This document shows positions 19,755 to 29,369 of a stretch of 64,000 nt of DNA, piece by piece. Source of the DNA: a virus. A model generated the notes under the pieces. That model saw only the letters and a list, made by a program, of their open reading frames with translations, made no database searches and was not told the origin of the DNA. Both the position numbers and the translations under genes were made by a program. The stretch covers positions 68,135-132,134 of IMG/VR virus record IMGVR_UViG_3300029268_000006, one strand, 5' to 3'. Numbering within the stretch: position 1 is the first letter of the stretch; each line of letters starts with the position of its first letter.

Positions 19755-21341
19755 TTATCTGTTGATGAGTTGAAATTCAGTACGGCGATTTTTTGATTTC
19801 ATTTCGTTTGTACTTTCAGTTTCACACCCAACAACTGGTTTGGATGATCCATTACCAATTACAGCCACAATATAGGATGAATTGATACCTCTTTTAATCA
19901 TATAATCAGCCACCGATTGTGCCCTCTTTTTGGACAAAATGACGTTTGATTTTGGATTACCAGTTTTATCGGTATTACCTTCCAAACGAAATTTAGAACC
20001 ACCAGCAACACCTTTGGCGATAGGAATAATTTCCCTATCTATTTTTTCCATTGCGTATTCATCTAAAGTGAAAGAATTAACAGCAAATTCAATGGATACT
20101 GGTTTAATTGCTGATGCTTCAGCCGTTTTGATATCTTCACTAACAGATGAAAAAACGATTTCACCTTCAGCTGAATGAATTCCACCACTCAAAGTAGTAA
20201 TACCCTGAATAAGACTAGGATCAGAAACCTGACGCCAAGGGAATGGATTTTTAGCCAAACCAACTTCAGTATAAACCCTTGTCATTTTAGTATAAAGTTC
20301 ATCACCGTCAACACCATTAAAGGATGAATTGAGTCCGAAGAAGTTTACATTATCACCATATGTTGAATACCTCACTTTATACATACCATCAGCGACAACA
20401 AATTTTGGTGCGTTGAAAGCCTTCGAAAAAGTAGATGCGATACTATCATATATTGGTGGAATACTATTTGGTTTACCATCAGACATTTTACTGATTTCAT
20501 CGGTAAATATAGTAGGATCGATTTTTTTACAAAGTTCGTTAGTTTCTGCGTTGATTGTCAACCAAGCAACTGCTATTTTTTCAAAATATTTCTTTTTCTT
20601 TTCAAAAACATCTTTACGAACTATAATACCATCCATAATAATGTTACGAGCGAATTTAGTTGAAAAAATTTCATGTGAACCGGCAATGGCTGTGTAACAA
20701 TCACCATCATCTGGGGACCAAACTACAGCAACGGGAACTTCACCACTTTTGAACATTTTAGCGGATTCAATACCGTCGCCAACTTTTACCAATTCAACAT
20801 CATTTTGTGTAAGACCGGCGGTTTCAAGTACCCTTAAAAGAAGTGTATGTGATGCTGTTCCAACAGCCACTGCTATTTTCTTACCTTTTAAATCAGATAC
20901 ACTTTTAATAGTACGAACACCAACAATAACATCGGCACCACGACTATCATCAATTTTAAGAATTTGTACAACACCTAATTTCATCAAGTCTGACATTTCT
21001 CCATTTTCGATTGGTGAAATATCGGTGGTAGTATAAATAAAATCTACCTTACCTTCTTTCAAAGCGTCAATACAATTTGAACGAACATCCATTTGTTCAA
21101 TCTTCAATTTAAGACCAAACTCCTTTGTAAGACGTGATTCTTTATTCACATCTTTTCCATGATTGAGATATACAATCGGAGCAAATCCACTCCAAGTGTT
21201 AAGAGATCCTGTCAAATCGGCGGATGAATCACCTGTCAATGACTTACTGATTGTCGGCCAAAAATAAATAGATGCCGGGATTACGATGATGAGGGCGATT
21301 ACCGTCCAAGTTAACCATCCAATTTGTCTTAAAAAATTCAT
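19755..21341 (-). CDS. NMT1/THI5-like substrate-binding protein fused to a C-terminal OmpA-like peptidoglycan-binding domain
   Basis: N-terminal TM anchor; DDSRGADVIV...LKGKKIAVAVGTASH; OmpA-C motifs IEFAVNS, EGNTD..G...N..LS.KRA..V, NRRTEF. Confidence 0.85.
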   Translation of the reverse strand: MNFLRQIGWLTWTVIALIIVIPASIYFWPTISKSLTGDSSADLTGSLNTWSGFAPIVYLNHGKDVNKESRLTKEFGLKLKIEQMDVRSNCIDALKEGKVDFIYTTTDISPIENGEMSDLMKLGVVQILKIDDSRGADVIVGVRTIKSVSDLKGKKIAVAVGTASHTLLLRVLETAGLTQNDVELVKVGDGIESAKMFKSGEVPVAVVWSPDDGDCYTAIAGSHEIFSTKFARNIIMDGIIVRKDVFEKKKKYFEKIAVAWLTINAETNELCKKIDPTIFTDEISKMSDGKPNSIPPIYDSIASTFSKAFNAPKFVVADGMYKVRYSTYGDNVNFFGLNSSFNGVDGDELYTKMTRVYTEVGLAKNPFPWRQVSDPSLIQGITTLSGGIHSAEGEIVFSSVSEDIKTAEASAIKPVSIEFAVNSFTLDEYAMEKIDREIIPIAKGVAGGSKFRLEGNTDKTGNPKSNVILSKKRAQSVADYMIKRGINSSYIVAVIGNGSSKPVVGCETESTNEMKSKNRRTEFQLINR

Positions 21342-21392
21342 AATTTCTCCTTTTTTTAATTATTAAACACTAAATTGATTATTTATTGATAT

Positions 21393-22412
21393 TTATTTTA
21401 AACCATCAAAAGCACCACCTTTTGTGAAAGTTGAAGTTTCGATTTTATTCATTCTGTTAGATGATTCCAGAAAATTTTCAGGTTCGGGTTCCATCAAAGA
21501 TTTGAAATCTGTAATTTTACTGAATGTTTCTTCATTGTACATTGACAAATATTGTTGTCCGGATTCACTTTGAATCGAATCCTGAATATCCTTATTCAAA
21601 ACCCAATCCCTACTTTGTTCAGTGAATCTTTTGATGTTAGCCACATGTTCGGAAATTATTTGTGCGTAAGCTTCATTAGCTTCATCGAATAAAATTCTGG
21701 CGTTAGAATTACCGTTGATGTAAGATTGTGCCATTTTGAAAACACCGTTTGTTTTCGAAAGAATAGAAAGGTTACGTTTCTTTTCCCTGATGTCGTCCTT
21801 CAATAACATAAGATCATCTTCCCAAGCGGTAAACACCCTTTTACAATAGTTAAGTGATGTCTGAATGGCCTGAAGTTTAGGAATAAACATTGTATTCGAA
21901 TCAACCCTGCGTTTGGCCATGATAGCGTTTACGTTTGCTTTCTTCTTATAATCTGGGTTGTTTCTTTCTACAGCCAATCCTTCAGCCGCCTTGGCTTCAC
22001 TCATCTTTTGATTGGCATCATCCTGATTTTCTTTCATAACCCTCAATAAATCTTCTTCAGCTGCCTGTAAAGTCTTAATATCATCATTAAGTTTTTCCTT
22101 TTCCCTTAACCAATTTGAATATTGAATTTCCATAATAGTTATTGGATTACTGTTAATCATCGCTGACCAAATTTTCTTAATTATAATTTGATAAGCCAAT
22201 GAAATCATTTTTCGATTACTTACAATAAGACCAATAAAGATTACTGTTCCCGCAACCATACTAACAAATATTAGTATATTGGTAACTAAACCAATTAAAA
22301 ATGGAAGTATGATATAAAGACCGTATCCACCTCCAATTAAAAGTGCAAGAGCGAAAATATAACCAATCACTCGTTCTGAACCTGTCCAGACTTTTCTTTC
22401 TGTGTTTTCCAT
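21393..22412 (-). CDS. membrane-anchored coiled-coil protein (PspA/IM30-like)
   Basis: Two N-terminal TM helices then a long helical region; the PspA likeness is inferred. Confidence 0.5.
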   Translation of the reverse strand: MENTERKVWTGSERVIGYIFALALLIGGGYGLYIILPFLIGLVTNILIFVSMVAGTVIFIGLIVSNRKMISLAYQIIIKKIWSAMINSNPITIMEIQYSNWLREKEKLNDDIKTLQAAEEDLLRVMKENQDDANQKMSEAKAAEGLAVERNNPDYKKKANVNAIMAKRRVDSNTMFIPKLQAIQTSLNYCKRVFTAWEDDLMLLKDDIREKKRNLSILSKTNGVFKMAQSYINGNSNARILFDEANEAYAQIISEHVANIKRFTEQSRDWVLNKDIQDSIQSESGQQYLSMYNEETFSKITDFKSLMEPEPENFLESSNRMNKIETSTFTKGGAFDGLK

Positions 22413-22438
22413 AATTGTTTTTTAATTTGTTTTTAAAT

Positions 22439-23173
22439 TTAATTATTTAGGTATTGTTTGATTTTAGAAATATCATCATTAATTTTAGTAATAATGATGT
22501 TGAAAGCTTTTTCGAATTTACTCTTCTTTAAATTGAGTTTTTCAGTTTCTACTTCGATAATAGAATTATTTTCTTCAATTTTTGAATTGTTTGTATCAAT
22601 TTGTGATTCCATTAAAGTAATTTGTTTTTTCAATTCTCCAATTTTTGTAATGGAATCATTATTTATTTTTTCCAATTTGATGATTTCATCTGTTTTTGAA
22701 CCAATTGTTTTTTGGGATTCAGAAACCAGATAAACATCAAATTCTTTTTTGTGTTGTTCAAATAATTGAATATATTTTTGAGCGGTTTCAAGAAGAGTGG
22801 GTACTGGGAGATTTTGTTTATACGCCACTTTATATGTCATTTGGAAGATTTTTTCTTCCGATGCCCCCTCCAATTCGGTAGTCATTTCATCAAGCGAATT
22901 GGCAAATTCAAAATAATCGGGTCCGGGGAAATTATTTTTTGTCATAAAATCATACAAATGATTAATATAACTTTCATCAATTTCACCATTATCCATAACT
23001 GGTTGTGGTTGTACCGTTATGGGTGTGAATGATGTTTTCCTCATGGATTGACTAACCCTTTGTGTGGTCTGTCGTGCTTGTGAAACTGTTTGTGTTGAAG
23101 TTGTTTCGATTTTTCCAGCTTCTGAATCAAACAACGCTTTTTGCCACCATGATTTTTTTACTTCTGTTGCCAT
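22439..23173 (-). CDS. coiled-coil protein, first gene of the ABC operon
   Basis: NFPGPDYFEF motif and a C-terminal heptad-rich region. Confidence 0.5.
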   Translation of the reverse strand: MATEVKKSWWQKALFDSEAGKIETTSTQTVSQARQTTQRVSQSMRKTSFTPITVQPQPVMDNGEIDESYINHLYDFMTKNNFPGPDYFEFANSLDEMTTELEGASEEKIFQMTYKVAYKQNLPVPTLLETAQKYIQLFEQHKKEFDVYLVSESQKTIGSKTDEIIKLEKINNDSITKIGELKKQITLMESQIDTNNSKIEENNSIIEVETEKLNLKKSKFEKAFNIIITKINDDISKIKQYLNN

Positions 23174-23241
23174 TTTTTTATTTTTTGATGATTACAATGT
23201 TAATGAATTAATTTGAATAAAAAAAATTATTTTTAAAAATT

Positions 23242-23928
23242 TTATTTTTTTGTCAATCCCCACATACATTTTCCCAACCCCTCAATATCACCCTTTTCTT
23301 TATATAGGTGTAAAAGGTTATTTATTTTTGTAATTTTTTGTTTTTCGGGGGTGTCCTTTGGTAATGAATTAATTAAAATTGATACAAGTTCCCTTTTTGT
23401 TTTTGGACCATTTGATAATGTATCCTTAACAATAGTAAATAATTTCTCGAATTTAACTTTTTCGAATTTGACTTTCTTTTTTTCCAGAATTTTAACTGGT
23501 TCTTCTGCACTTGTAAATGGGTCTTGAACTATTTTAGGTTGATTCAAAAAAACTTTTGATATTTTTCTCTTACCATAAGCATTATCATCGTGGATAAAAT
23601 ACTTAGGTGTTGGGAGATTATGTGATTTACAGAAATTTGAAACCCATAATGCACATTCATATCCGGTTTCCTGATAACATTCTTCATTGAAGAAAATTGT
23701 TTTATCTTCTGTTATTGATAACGTTACATTTGATAAAAGAAAATCAAAACTGATAAATCCGGGATATGACCCATCTTTTTGAAATTGTGTTTCAATATAT
23801 TCAACGAAATCCTTGTAATTTTTAATTGTTATACAATTTTTGTAAATCGGATTGTTGAATTTATAAAACATTTCAGTTGATGTTCTGGAATTATCTAAAA
23901 AAATATTATATTCCATATTTTTTCTCAT
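23242..23928 (-). CDS. receiver-like (cyclic-phosphate-processing receiver family) domain plus possible C-terminal winged helix
   Basis: IFLDNSR...ISFDF.L...TGYECALW...HDDN.YG resembles this family; C-terminus GPKTKRELV...GDIEGLG. Confidence 0.5.
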   Translation of the reverse strand: MRKNMEYNIFLDNSRTSTEMFYKFNNPIYKNCITIKNYKDFVEYIETQFQKDGSYPGFISFDFLLSNVTLSITEDKTIFFNEECYQETGYECALWVSNFCKSHNLPTPKYFIHDDNAYGKRKISKVFLNQPKIVQDPFTSAEEPVKILEKKKVKFEKVKFEKLFTIVKDTLSNGPKTKRELVSILINSLPKDTPEKQKITKINNLLHLYKEKGDIEGLGKCMWGLTKK

Positions 23929-24002
23929 ATATTATTGTTTTTAATTTATTTACACATTTCTTTATTTACACATTTTTTTCAACTCTTTCCAAGTAACACC
24001 AA

Positions 24003-24428
24003 TTACTGCCATATTCCTTTTTTTAATTTATTTACATACATCTTTAAACGATACCAAATACTATATTTGTATATTTCTTTAACAAAAATATCCATATATG
24101 GATGTGTGTGAAATGAAAATGGAATTGTATAGGTATCATCACCAAAATTTTCAATTGTTGGTTGATCTGATAATGTTTGATGAATAAATTGATGGATATC
24201 AATAATTTTAAATGATGTTAATCTCATATTATCTTTTTTAAATTTTTCTGGAACCTGTGGATAACAAGTGAATTCCAAAAATAATTTTTGACCCTTTACA
24301 TAATTTGGATTTGTTGTCGTAGTAAATGAAAAGATTTCTTTTGAATCTGTTTTATTTTCTTTTTTCCAAAATGTAATATGAATATCGTATGTCATGTTAT
24401 TTGGTTTTGTCGATTGTTTATTTTTCAA
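24003..24428 (-). CDS. hypothetical protein
   Basis: ORF; likely start is the internal MTYDIH. Confidence 0.5.
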   Translation of the reverse strand: MKNKQSTKPNNMTYDIHITFWKKENKTDSKEIFSFTTTTNPNYVKGQKLFLEFTCYPQVPEKFKKDNMRLTSFKIIDIHQFIHQTLSDQPTIENFGDDTYTIPFSFHTHPYMDIFVKEIYKYSIWYRLKMYVNKLKKGIWQ

Positions 24429-24597
24429 TTATTTTTTTATCTTTGGTTGTCATTGAAAACATCATTATGATACTTATTATGACATATAGTTTTGAGTTTA
24501 AGATTACAAAATTAATCAATTTATTATTAATAAAAAAATTAATCGGATAACATTTTTTTTACTGGTTGATTTTCAATAAGATAATTATGTAGTGAAA

Positions 24598-24849
24598 CTA
24601 TTCTTCCTCTCTGTATAATGGGTGGAGGCACCGGAAATATGGTGAATATACTTTCATTCTTTCTGCCAATGTTTCACAAAGTTTTATACCCAATGACATA
24701 ATTTGAATAAGATTATCACTACCGAAAATATCCTTCGAACATTTTCTTAATTTCGAATCTTCTGAAATGGTTGACTGTTGTAATTCCATCGATAATTCAT
24801 ACAGTTCAACATCACTGAATTGGTCAAAATAATTTTCTGTTGTTTTCAT
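24598..24849 (-). CDS. hypothetical protein (ends in TAG)
   Basis: 83-aa ORF following the TATCTTTG promoter site. Confidence 0.55.
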   Translation of the reverse strand: MKTTENYFDQFSDVELYELSMELQQSTISEDSKLRKCSKDIFGSDNLIQIMSLGIKLCETLAERMKVYSPYFRCLHPLYREEE

Positions 24850-24899
24850 GTTTATAAATTAGATTACAAAGATACAACAGTTTGATGAAATAAAAAAAT

Positions 24900-26507
24900 T
24901 TAGATGTCTATTTCGTTATCTTTTTTGTCTTTTATTTCATATACCACACATTCTGTAGTCAAAAATAAACCAGCAACTGATGATGCGTTTTCAAGTGCGA
25001 CCCTTGTAACTTTCTTTGGATCAATAATTCCCATTTCAAACATATTTCCGTATTTTTCATTTCTTGCATCATACCCATAATCACCCACTCCATTCTTAAT
25101 GTTGTTAACAACAACCGATGGTTCGCCTCCACCATTTTTAACTATCATCCTTAAAGGTTCTTCTAATACTTTACGAATAATATCAATACCTGTTTTTTCA
25201 TCTTCGTTTTCATATTTTACTTCGGATAACGATGGAATACACCTTATATATGCAATACCACCACCGGGAACAATACCTTCTTCGATTGCTGCTCTAGTTG
25301 CATGTAAAGCATCATCGTAACGGTCTTTCTTTTCCTTTAGTTCGATTTCACTTGCAGCACCAACATTTATGATACCAATACCACCCGTTAAATTCGCTAA
25401 CCTAGCTTCATTCTTTTGAAGATCATATTCGTTTTTATTATTTTCAATTTGATTTTTAATTTGTTTGATTCTATTTTGAATCATATCTTTATCACCTTTA
25501 CCACCGACAATAATAGTGGAATCTTTGTTTATTATAATTTTTTCAGCCAAACCCAAATCTTCAATTTTTATATTTTCAAGTTTACTTCCCATTGTTTCTG
25601 AAAGGAGATTACCACCAGTTATAATAGCAATATCATCTAACAAATCTTTTCTCCTATCACCAAACCCCGGACATTTAATTGAAGCTACCCTTAAAATATT
25701 TTTTATTTTATTGAAAACTAAAAGACTTAATACTTCTGTTTCCAAAGTATCTGCAATAATTAACATTGGTTTTCCAAGTTTTTTTGTTTCTTCCAAGATT
25801 GGTATTAGATTATTTATTGATGATATTTTATCTTCGTGTATCAAAATATAACAATCATCTAAAACAACTTCCATTTTTTCTGGATCAGTTATGAAATAAG
25901 GTGAAATATAACCTCTATCTAGTTTCATACCATTAACAGTTTTTAATTCAGTTTCCATCCCACCGGAATCATCAATTGTAATAACACCAGTGAAACCTAC
26001 ACTTTTCATTGCTTCGGTTATCTTATCACCAATTTCTTTATCATTATTTGCACTTATGATTGCAACTTGGTTTATTTTTTCATAATCAGTTCCCACCGTA
26101 ATAGTTTGTTCATCCAGTGTTTTTATAACCATTTCTACCGCCTTATCAATTCCTTTCTTTAAATCCATTGGATTTGCACCAGCTGTTACATTCTTCATCC
26201 CCTTTTCGACAATAGCACGGGCTAATACAGTAGCGGTTGTTGTTCCATCACCGGCATTATCAGATGTTTTTGTTGCTGCTTCTTTAATAATTTGACAACC
26301 AATATTTTCTAATGTATCTTCTAATTCAATTTCTCTTGCAACTGTAACACCATCTTTGGTTATAAGTATTTTTAGTCCATCATTTTTTTCAATAATAACA
26401 TTTCTACCTTTTGGTCCAAGTGTAATTGCAACAGAATCAGTTATTTTATTCATCCCACTAAGTAATTTAACTCTTGCTTCGTGACCGAATTCTATATTTT
26501 TTTTCAT
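24900..26507 (-). CDS. groEL: group I chaperonin (GroEL-like) lacking the GGM tail
   Basis: TLGPKGRNV, ITKDGVTVA, GDGTTTATVLA, DRGYISPYF, PGFGDRRK, EEGIVPGGG. Confidence 0.95.
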   Translation of the reverse strand: MKKNIEFGHEARVKLLSGMNKITDSVAITLGPKGRNVIIEKNDGLKILITKDGVTVAREIELEDTLENIGCQIIKEAATKTSDNAGDGTTTATVLARAIVEKGMKNVTAGANPMDLKKGIDKAVEMVIKTLDEQTITVGTDYEKINQVAIISANNDKEIGDKITEAMKSVGFTGVITIDDSGGMETELKTVNGMKLDRGYISPYFITDPEKMEVVLDDCYILIHEDKISSINNLIPILEETKKLGKPMLIIADTLETEVLSLLVFNKIKNILRVASIKCPGFGDRRKDLLDDIAIITGGNLLSETMGSKLENIKIEDLGLAEKIIINKDSTIIVGGKGDKDMIQNRIKQIKNQIENNKNEYDLQKNEARLANLTGGIGIINVGAASEIELKEKKDRYDDALHATRAAIEEGIVPGGGIAYIRCIPSLSEVKYENEDEKTGIDIIRKVLEEPLRMIVKNGGGEPSVVVNNIKNGVGDYGYDARNEKYGNMFEMGIIDPKKVTRVALENASSVAGLFLTTECVVYEIKDKKDNEIDI

Positions 26508-26572
26508 ATTTTAATTTTATTTTTAATTTTATAAATTTATCAATAAACTACCAATTTTAATTTTATAAATTA

Positions 26573-26632
26573 TATCATCAATAACTACTTTATAACTAAT
26601 ATCATCAATAACTACTTTATAACTAATATCAT
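26573..26632 (+). repeat. 27-bp tandem duplication (2 copies + partial)
   Basis: TATCATCAATAACTACTTTATAACTAA at 26573 and 26600. Confidence 0.85.
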
Positions 26633-26696
26633 TTGAATTGTGTCTATTAAAGTATCTAATAATTTTTCATTTTCTAATATTTGTACATTTAAAAAT

Positions 26697-26933
26697 TTAA
26701 TTTGTTTTTGTTTCAATATCATAATTTGAAATTTTTATAACAAATTCTTCTTTTTTTAATGGACACCAATCTGGTTCCATATTTATAGAACTGTCCAAAT
26801 TATTATAAATTGATATAATATATTCTTTTTTATTTAAATGACTAGCTAATGAACAATAATCAATTGTTGCATAATCATCATAATTTGAATCTAAAAAAGG
26901 ACAATTATGACATCCGTTAACTTTAATATCCAT
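26697..26933 (-). CDS. small Cys-rich hypothetical protein
   Basis: CHNCPF...YC...PDWCPL. Confidence 0.6.
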   Translation of the reverse strand: MDIKVNGCHNCPFLDSNYDDYATIDYCSLASHLNKKEYIISIYNNLDSSINMEPDWCPLKKEEFVIKISNYDIETKTN

Positions 26934-27005
26934 TTTTATTAATATAATTTTTTTTTGGTATTGGATCTTTTTTCATTGTATCTTACGAAATTGGAATTAA
27001 CATCA

Positions 27006-28724
27006 CTATAATTGTTCTTCTTCTTTCTTTTTGTAACTATCGGTAATTATAGAGAAATAATTCTTTTCAATATGAATAATTCTATCAAACATATTTGTAT
27101 CAAAATTTATCTGGTGAACAATAACAATATTTATGTTATTTGTTCTCGCGAAATCCCTTAATACTCTTAACATTATATTAATATTTGATGGACTAATTGA
27201 AGAAAAAACTTCATCCAAAAACAAAATATTTATCTTTTTATTTGATTCAATTATTGTTTTAATATACGATAACGCAATAGCAATGTTTATTTTTCTTGCA
27301 CCACCGATTGATAAAGTTTCTGAATCAATATCATCTATATACCTATCTTTAATTATAGCATCAAATTCATCATTAAGTTTAACAAAATATTTTGATTCAA
27401 TTTCTTTCAGGAAAAATTTAAGATTTTCATTGATTGGTCCTATTATAGTATTTATGATATTTTTCCTTATACCTTTTTCAGATAAATAATCAACTGTTTT
27501 GGTGTATAATTCTATTTTTTGTGAAATGATTTTTATTTTTTCATCCAATTCAATATTTTCATCTTCAAGTTTTTGAATGTTCTTTTTAATTTCATTTATG
27601 GATACATCTTCTGTTTCGTATTGTCTTTTTAAATCTTTTAATTTGATGGATATATTATTGAAATCATAATTTTTCTTATTCAATTCAATTATAAATTTAT
27701 TCTTTTCACTGGAAATATTTTTAATTTCACTGTAAATATCAATTGATTCTTTTTTTATTTTGTTTATTTCTTCTATTTTTTCATTCTTTTCATTTTCAAG
27801 ATCTTCTAATCTATGTTTTTTGTGATTTACATCCAGAACTGTTTCACAAATAGGACAAGTTCCACTATTAAAAATATCAATCTTATTATTTATTTCTTTC
27901 AAATAGAAATTATCTTGGAGAATTTTATTCTTCATACCAACCAACACCTCACTCTTATTTTTCAATTCTTTATTAAACTGTGTCATTGATATTGACATAT
28001 CACCAATTTCGTGTTTCAAATCGGTATAAATAGTTTTGTACGATAACATTTCAGTTTTAATATCTTCCTTATCTAAACTACCAGTTTGTATTTTGATATT
28101 TTCAATATTTTCTTTATATTGTTGGATTGTATTTGTTTTTGAAAGTTTAATATCTTCAAATCTTTCTTTTTCTTTGTATGTGTTTTTTAGAATTTCTTTT
28201 TCTATTGAAAAATATTCATCTATTTCTCTGATATTAAATAATTTATTAAGTAGTTTTCGTTTTGTATCTGTATCCAGATTAACAAAATTGGCAAAGTCAC
28301 TTAGGTTAAGTGATATAAGTGATTTATATGTATTATATTCTAAACCGATAAATTTTTCACGATCTTCTGGTGACATACTTTTGAATTCTTTAAAAAATGA
28401 TTTGCCATTTTTAAAGACTTCCATTGATGTTGGTTCTATTTTTCTTCGGATTATTATGTTGTCATTATCATCGTTTATAAAATTTATTTCTGTTTCTAAA
28501 CTTTTATTTTGTCTATTTGGTAGTTTTGTTATTGCAATTTTTTTGGTATTTTTACCTCTTACTATTCCGTAAAGGGTAAAATCGATAGATTCTATTAAGG
28601 AACTTTTTCCAGTTTCATTATCACCGGAAAGTAAAATAAGTTCTCCCCCGTTGTCGAAGAAAACTTTTTGCATATTATTTCCGTAACTTTTAAAATTCTT
28701 TAAACCTATACTATTAATTATCAT
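27006..28724 (-). CDS. SbcC/Rad50-like recombination ATPase (T4 gp46-like)
   Basis: LKNFKSYG, Walker A GDNETGKSS, Zn-hook CPICET, signature LSIGG, Walker B FLDEVF; ends TAG TGA. Confidence 0.9.
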   Translation of the reverse strand: MIINSIGLKNFKSYGNNMQKVFFDNGGELILLSGDNETGKSSLIESIDFTLYGIVRGKNTKKIAITKLPNRQNKSLETEINFINDDNDNIIIRRKIEPTSMEVFKNGKSFFKEFKSMSPEDREKFIGLEYNTYKSLISLNLSDFANFVNLDTDTKRKLLNKLFNIREIDEYFSIEKEILKNTYKEKERFEDIKLSKTNTIQQYKENIENIKIQTGSLDKEDIKTEMLSYKTIYTDLKHEIGDMSISMTQFNKELKNKSEVLVGMKNKILQDNFYLKEINNKIDIFNSGTCPICETVLDVNHKKHRLEDLENEKNEKIEEINKIKKESIDIYSEIKNISSEKNKFIIELNKKNYDFNNISIKLKDLKRQYETEDVSINEIKKNIQKLEDENIELDEKIKIISQKIELYTKTVDYLSEKGIRKNIINTIIGPINENLKFFLKEIESKYFVKLNDEFDAIIKDRYIDDIDSETLSIGGARKINIAIALSYIKTIIESNKKINILFLDEVFSSISPSNINIMLRVLRDFARTNNINIVIVHQINFDTNMFDRIIHIEKNYFSIITDSYKKKEEEQL

Positions 28725-28925
28725 TCAGTATATATACATTTTTAGTCTATTTTATATGGTTTTTTATGGATAAAGTTTAATATATACAAATATGAAATTC
28801 TTGATGTTATTCGAATCTTATCTGGAAAGTAACTATTAGAAACTTATGATATAAATAAAAGGTGGAAAATTACTGATTTTAAATTATAATTTTTTATTAC
28901 GAAATAATTTTGTAGATTTGTAGTC

Positions 28926-29027
28926 ATGAAAGTTATCGGAAATATAGTTGGAATATTTGGATTTGTATTAGTCGGATTATTAATACTACCATCTTTCATA
29001 TTTTTTAACATTTGGAAAAACTTTTAA
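28926..29027 (+). CDS. 33-aa single-TM peptide, not in the ORF track
   Basis: MKVIGNIVGIFGFVLVGLLILPSFIFFNIWKNF* right after a TAATTTTG site. Confidence 0.45.
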   Translation: MKVIGNIVGIFGFVLVGLLILPSFIFFNIWKNF

Positions 29028-29082
29028 AAATGGAAATAAAATTATGTCATACGAAGAGTTCTATCAATTATAAAATAAAAAT

Positions 29083-29211
29083 ATGGAAAAAACACTAAAA
29101 TGGATTCGTGTAGGATTGTGGATATTCACAATAATATTTATGTGTGTGGTATTTTATGGTACTTATTACTCTATAAAAAAAGACAGAGAAAGAACTGAAA
29201 TCAAAAAATAG
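29083..29211 (+). CDS. 42-aa single-TM peptide ending in TAG, not in the ORF track
   Basis: MEKTLKWIRVGLWIFTIIFMCVVFYGTYYSIKKDRERTEIKK*. Confidence 0.45.
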   Translation: MEKTLKWIRVGLWIFTIIFMCVVFYGTYYSIKKDRERTEIKK

Positions 29212-29369
29212 TATCTTTCAGAATAATTTTTCTTCTCACATTAATCAATTCTTCATCGGAAGATCTTCTGAGTTACATAGTCCAAATACAAACCATAATT
29301 TATCAATTTCAGTGTAACTATAAACAAAAATACGATTTGAACTATTTTCCAAGGGTCTGATTTTAGAAT

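Noticed and set aside
27006-28724. Inteins in SbcC, clamp loader, PhoH or topoisomerase
   Set aside because: Their P-loops and catalytic motifs are contiguous, with no C...HN-[CST] insertions.
28792-28839. MKFLMLFESYLESNY-TAG as a second suppressor-gated gene
   Set aside because: Readthrough adds only four codons before TAA; more likely a truncated remnant of a leader-bearing gene.
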